A stretch of DNA of 55,078 bases, filler included, from Bipalium vagum (lineage: Eukaryota): assembly GCA_037834085.1 (NCBI GenBank). It is 3 parts of 3 records of this genome, joined end to end, with 100 filler letters (N's around TTAATTAATTAA, not from the genome) between each part and the next. Parts side by side here need not be neighbours in the genome. Positions count along the whole stretch, not along the records: positions 36,131 to 55,078 come from JBBMKC010014870.1; 2 more parts are not named here. One strand, 5' to 3'. The notes under the pieces were generated by a model. It was not told where the DNA came from. It ran no database searches and saw only the letters and a list, made by a program, of their open reading frames with translations. This document shows positions 49,530 to 55,078 of this stretch, piece after piece (within the stretch, counting starts at the first letter, position 1; each line of letters begins with the position of its first letter). The translations under genes and the position numbers were made by a program.

Positions 49530-49798
49530 ATGTCTAACTTTTGGCGTCAAGCTGGTTTAAAGTAAGGGAAGCACATTAAATCAGTTTCCGAAATTATTAT
49601 CAATATAGTTACATAAGATTTAGTTCACTTTGTGCACAGGCCTTGCGACAGGCATTAAAGAGCGAGTTTAAGACCGAAGCTTTAAAACGTGAAGGAGTCA
49701 CTGCAAAGTTCAATGTCTGGAAAGATGGAAAACCGATCAGTACTTAATTAATTTTATTCAATCAATTAATTTTCCTATTAAATATTTCAGAAAAGTAG
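49530..49798 (+). CDS. ATP5F1E: mitochondrial F1 ATP synthase epsilon subunit
   Basis: Exons 49530-49561, 49609-49739, 49791-49798. Translation MSNFWRQAGLN|YIRFSSLCAQALRQALKSEFKTEALKREGVTAKFNVWKDGKPI|KK* carries the WRQAGL.YI..S.ICA..R.ALK signature. Confidence 0.92.
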
Positions 49799-50069
49799 TT
49801 TGCTCAGGAAAACTAGTGTTGTATTAGAATAAATAAATTTAGTCTTGTTTTGATTAAAATATTTAGAAGTGATTTTTTGTAATGTAATGCTGTGCAATTT
49901 GCCTTGTATGATTTGAAAAATGATTATATATACTTGTAATTAAGATAATACGGTAAGGACTTTAATTTTTTATTTATTTATTAATAAAAGCGTTTATTAA
50001 ATTGTAAAACTTAAAATTTTTTAAAGCGAGTACTAATCATAACCAGTTTTTAGAATTTTATCAATTATT

Positions 50070-50700
50070 AAGAGGTCAGATGCATTCCCAAAAAAATGAC
50101 AGAATTTGATTTTTTCGGTTAGGACTGAATTTATTGCATCAAAACTGAATTATTATAGTAGTAACATATGTATATATTGAAAAACTGAGTAAATAAAATA
50201 ATTTAGCAAAAAAACAAATGTCGATTGATGTACTCGTTAAAATATCGTAATTGTGTAGGATCCTCTGCCACATTTCGACCAATTTTTTGAAACCTTTAAT
50301 CCAAAAATCGCCATATCTATTCAGAACAAAATTGGTCAACAACTTTTTAAAGGTCCTGTTATTTCTCAATAGTAATGCTTTTCATCTGGTTAATTGGAAA
50401 TCTATTGATACAAGATCTGGTGAATACAGAATACAGATAAATTAAAATGTCAGTCCTTTATGAATGACCCTATATATATGTGCTTGTTGACAACCTGGTT
50501 TTCCTGGTCTATTTCCAAGTATATGACCACAGTCAAATTCTATTAAACAAAAACCGTGAGTTTTTGTATAAAATCTGGTTTAATTTTTGGTGCTACTAAG
50601 GAAACAACAGTCAACCATTCCTTCCTGAGTTTCAAGCTTTGCTGTGATGTTTCGAAAAGAGATCGTTCTTAGTGGCTACGTGGTGCTCGGTGTCTATTAA
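50070..50700 (-). mobile_element. mariner 3' relic
   Basis: Minus-strand DFWIKGFKKLVEMWQRILHNYD is a mariner C-terminal motif. A YSPDLVSIDF-like motif lies at about 50395-50428. Confidence 0.7.
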
Positions 50701-50929
50701 GATTTTAGTGTAAATTTTTAGAGCAGAAAAAGATCTTTCAGATAAATGTTTGAAATGAAAGATTAGGTTAAATCAATAAACCAAATTAATATTAAGGTTC
50801 AAAGTACTAAATTAGAGTAATAGAAAAATCTTAACAATTTCGAAATCCAGGGAGTAATCAAATCAATTAACAGATCAAATAGAAAATTAATTTTAAAAGT
50901 ATAGGTACCATATTTTACATATTAATAAT

Positions 50930-51250
50930 ATTAAAATTCAGAATGTCTGAAAAAGATACCGTATTTAATTCTGGAGAAGTACGAGTATTAATTTCCTACT
51001 GTTTTCGTGATAGATATCGTCAATGAAATTAATGATGTTTTGGGACCATATAGTGAGGTTTATTCAAAAGTTACCAGTTGGTTCCGTAAGTTTTGAACGG
51101 ACAGAACATCCTTTGATAACTCTCAATGCTCGGGGGCCTAACAGATGAGATAAACAAAGATCTGCGGATCACTATAATTCAATTGGTAGAAGCGCTGAAA
51201 ATCTCTGCAGAGCGAATCCATAATATTTTAAAAATGTCTGTGCACTCTAA
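50930..51250 (+). mobile_element. mariner 5' relic
   Basis: EVRVLISYCFR..VTSWFRKF*TDRTSFDNSQCSG resembles a mariner N-terminal HTH. Confidence 0.55.
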
Positions 51251-52010
51251 CACTCAAGCAAATGCTGATCCACGAAAGCTACAAGTCTCCATCTAATCGT
51301 GTTGAGACTCAGGACTGTTCACAAGATAGAGAGACTTATTTGATCCTCTGGTGGGCAAAGAAGTACTCCTTGAGTATTTATGTAATTGATTTTAAAGCTA
51401 TTTCAGAAAGTCCTGCTATATTATAAAATTTAGGGAGAGTGGTATCAATGAAATTTTAATTTAAAAATTAGCCGTATTATGAGATCGAAAAGATCTAAAC
51501 CCGAACGTTTATAGATCTTGTTACTTAGTTTGTAGATCTTAAAATGTACCTTTTGGTAAACCCTAATGATTTATGCAGGACTTTGAAACATAAAATAATG
51601 GACCTTAAAGAAATTTAGTTGGATTGTTTGCAAGAATGAGATTAAAAATCGTTTGCCTAGTGTCCTATTTATATCTGTCCAAGTTCTCGCGGTGGTATAT
51701 TGAAGTTCTTGAAATTCTTTCGCTGTTTTGTCACCTTTTTATTTGCGGTTCGTTGTTTATTTTTTCTTGTTTGTCCTGGCTAACGAAATTCTTTTATAGT
51801 CCACAATTTGAACTCAATTTACATTTTTACCAAATTTAAGTACTTTATTTATCATTTTTATACTTGTTTCTTTTAATAAATTAGATTACTATTCTTATAT
51901 TTTATCAATTCCTGTTGCTATTTTTAGCAACTTACGTTTTTGTTATTCATTACTTAATTAATTTAAATTATTTATTATGATAAAATTATTATTATTTTGT
52001 TAGAAATTTC

Positions 52011-52956
52011 GGATCATGTTTTCTCTGACCGAAATGACTATCAGGTCTCTTTTTTGATTGATCTCAATTTTCTCTTGTTAAAAACAAAGAAATGAATATT
52101 AAATTAATAAACAGCACAGTGATAGCTGCTCCATTCGATGCAATTATGTTTTAAGAGAAAACAGTCTGTTATTACTATCATGTAATTTATAATTATATCA
52201 TTATTAATAATAATATTAATGATTTTAGATAAACTCGATGATTGTGGTACGATATTGAAGGAATGTACATCAAAAAGAAACACTGATTGTGCTTTATGGC
52301 GTTGCTACACGAAAAACTGCATTAGTTACAATAAATATTTTTCTATTAGAAGAAAATCCTTTTTAGAGAAATTCGAAATATATCTAAATAAATGTGCCCA
52401 TTTATTACATTTATGGGACCTTTGGAACATCACAAAAGTCAGTTACTGATGGCACGGGCGTTTTAAAATCTGTCGTTATTAATTTCTATGTAAAAATCAG
52501 GAAACTATGTGAGATTTTCTTCTTGAAAGATCAATAAAAATAGGCGAGCTCATGTTGATCTCCAAGGGCGTGCTCCTGATCATGAGTTATGGATTTTTGG
52601 TATGGTTGACGACTCCAAGAATGCAAACATATTTTTGAACTGACGATAAAGATCGTGTCAATAAAGGGAGTCTATAGTGATCTCTTTGAATTATATCTAA
52701 ATGAATGAATATGGGGCCAAAATATTCAATCAGGAAACTGCCAATCAATTTTTTATTTACAAAATTTGTAAATAGAAAAATATTTGTTTTTGTCAATTTT
52801 TGTGCTTTTGAACGTTTGTGTTTGTTCTTAAGAAAATTAATTCCTTTTGCTATTTTTTGTGATTCGACTCAAGTCTTTTTTTTGACCGGCCAATCGTCTC
52901 AAGTCTCTTTATTTGACCGGTCAATCGTCTCAAGTCGGTCAAACAAAGCATGATCC
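52011..52956 (+). mobile_element. Merlin DNA transposon, internally deleted, with TIRs and 8-bp TSD
   Basis: Ends GGATCATG..CATGATCC. Flanks GAAATTTC (52003-52010) and GAAATTTG (52957-52964). Internal LWRCYTKNC..SIRRKSFLE and QGRAPDHELWIFGMVD. Subterminal tandem repeats TTTGACCGG.CAATCGTCTCAAGTC at about 52860-52945. Confidence 0.88.
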
Positions 52957-54874
52957 GAAATTTGTTGTAAATACTTAATAATAATGATAATATTATTGTT
53001 ACACTTCAGAGTTGGGAAACAAAAAAGAAATGTACAACATAAAATTTTCAAATGGCTAAAACATACTAAAATCAGGTAGAAATTCGGATCACAAAGATAA
53101 AAGGTTTATTATACATAAAAGAACAGTGCAATGTTCGTACTAACACTGCAATGTTTTTCTGAAGAGGATGTTCCATTAAAAATGTTTTATTGTCATCAGT
53201 CAATCGCCGGTCAATCTAACACTTGATTTGCTCCCTATTCTTTGATTTTCTTTGGCTTTGATTTGGACTGTGTTGCCTTTATAAGTGACTGTGACCACAC
53301 GGTTGAGATTCTCCACAAATATTTAAAGAGCTCTAGAGTAAAGCAGTAAAGGAAAAAAAGTAAAACAGAGAAAAGGTTTACAAAAATATTCTAAGAATCT
53401 CAAAGGCATTCTATTTCCAGCGTTACTGGTACCGATAAAAATGATAATATTGAAGGTTACATTAAAGCAATGCCGGATTCGTTCGAGCTTGATCGACCAC
53501 GAGAAACTCAACAAATGAATTCATTTTTGGTGCAGGAACCGGTCATTTTTCTTATTCCTAAATATTAATGGTGGTCTCACTTTTATTCTTCGTCGATGGA
53601 TTAAATAATTTCAAACCGATTGCTTTACTCCAATAAACATTTGTATTTGCTCATTTAGATTTTTGTTGTCGTTAGTAGTGTATACTGGAGGCGTAGAGAA
53701 AGAAGGAATTGAACATGTAAACGGTAGACAGTGGACATTATTTTAGTGGAGTTTTGGTATCTTGTGACTGCGATTCAGAAAGATGTGGACTATTAATTCT
53801 TGGAGTTGCACGACTAGTTTTAACACTTATTCTTTTCCGATTTATTAGTTCGACTTCAACAAAGCTCATTGGTGTTCAGTTATTCGTCTTACTCAGAGGA
53901 TTACCGTAGAACCTAACCACACTTAAAATTAGCGAGCCAGATTAAGTGTGTTGGTTAGTATTTTACTTTTGACAGTTTTGAGACATTGTTCTGGATTAAG
54001 ACCTGTTTGAGTCTCCGGTAAATTCAGAGAAGATATTTTAATAGAATGACTTCGCTCTTGAAATTTTTTAAAAAGAGCCAAATCGAGTCATTTTTTGCCG
54101 AAATCAATAAGGAACATGAAAAATAAATTATAAAGAAAACCAATATTCAAAAGGGTCTTAATCGATTACGACGAAATAACGGTGCCATGAAATGTGATAT
54201 TGTCTGCCTGTAAGATTAAATTCCACCAAATATTCTGTAATTCTGGAGCCTACCTAACGATTGTTTGATATGAATTAAAACAAATTAAATTAATTATTAA
54301 TTATTATGTATTTAATTAATAATTTTATCATTACGACCTTGTCATAGATTTGAACGAAATCTTCTCCGATCATACTTTTGTTTATATAATCTTTTTTGTT
54401 TATCAGGAGAATGTAAAGCATTCGAGTCAAAGAACGTTGATGGTTATTGAATATATATAGTAAACATAAAATAAAAGCAAAAAAGAAAGCAAGACACAAC
54501 CTGGTTCATGAATATATGAAAAGAAATGTCAAGAGTCTCAGACAGATTAAAGTGACAAGGAAAAGTAAATTGTGTCAACTCTCTTAATCCATTCACATTT
54601 AACTCTACCTTAGTCTTATGGCCACCATGAGTACGGTTGTTCATAAACTCTGGAATTGTCAATTATATTACTTTTAAAGGTTACAGGATATGTATGGAAT
54701 ATTAAACATATAACATATCGATCTTACAGTCGACGTAACATATCAATAATGGTTTTCAGCTGGTAAATGTGAATAGGAAAGAGTAAAATTAACGAATAAT
54801 TCCAAAATATAAAACATTAAAGAACCTTGAGACTGACAACTTGACAAGTTTAGCATGGAAAGTTAATGGCATTG

Positions 54875-55015
54875 NNNNNNNNNNNNNNNNNNNNNNNNNN
54901 NNNNNNNNNNNNNNNNNNNNNNNNNNNNNNNNNNNNNNNNNNNNNNNNNNNNNNNNNNNNNNNNNNNNNNNNNNNNNNNNNNNNNNNNNNNNNNNNNNNN
55001 NNNNNNNNNNNNNNN
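54875..55015. other. plain scaffold gap
   Basis: Run of N with no linker. Confidence 0.95.
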
Positions 55016-55016
55016 A

Positions 55017-55078
55017 AAGTTTAATTTCGTATTTTTTAAGTTTAATTTCGTAATTTTTAAGTTTAATTTCGTATTTTT
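55017..55078. repeat. 21-bp tandem repeat (AAGTTTAATTTCGTAWTTTTT)x3, running off the window end
   Basis: Three consecutive copies immediately after the gap. Confidence 0.9.

Noticed and set aside
52860-52945. Short direct repeats resembling a CRISPR array
   Set aside because: Tandem with no unique spacers, inside Merlin subterminal sequence, in a eukaryotic genome with no cas genes.
54290-54870. Possible minus-strand exons (LKTIIDMLRRL|VYEQPYSWWP*)
   Set aside because: Splice sites are plausible, but I could not build a phase-consistent model or recognise a family, and the region is truncated by a gap.

Overview
Eukaryotic, very AT-rich genomic DNA with spliceosomal GT-AG introns. Most introns are about 42-65 nt and a few are kilobases long and filled with transposons. 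The PFK N-terminus suggests a flatworm (inference). Because genes are split into small exons, the ORF track is largely misleading, so I rebuilt the gene models by hand. Host genes: 3' part of an SLC15A4/PHT-type peptide transporter (+); a complete Ada2b/TADA2B-like gene lacking the SWIRM domain (+); a two-exon orphan coiled-coil gene (+); the 3' half of ERK1/2 MAP kinase (+); a complete ATP-dependent phosphofructokinase (-) with an extra 26-nt first exon that supplies the start of an N-terminal extension carrying a PKA-type site, plus candidate micro-exons in the inter-domain linker; and ATP synthase epsilon (+). ERK and ATP synthase epsilon are absent from the ORF track. The rest is decayed mobile DNA: many mariner (DD34D), maT (DD37D), rosa-like, Tc1/IS630, Merlin, piggyBac and gypsy relics, and two Polinton/Maverick (adintovirus-like) relics. 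One Polinton relic has a phospholipase-A2-like domain fused to the integrase. The other has an AGTAGT terminus, a zinc-finger-led pPolB N-terminus and a coiled-coil ORF with LC8-type QT motifs. Two N-gaps contain an artificial TTAATTAATTAA linker, so gene order across them is unreliable. There is no CRISPR, rRNA or tRNA. I found no clearly new multi-gene system. The best leads are the PFK micro-exon/phospho-site architecture, the Polinton relics, SWIRM-less Ada2b and the orphan gene.
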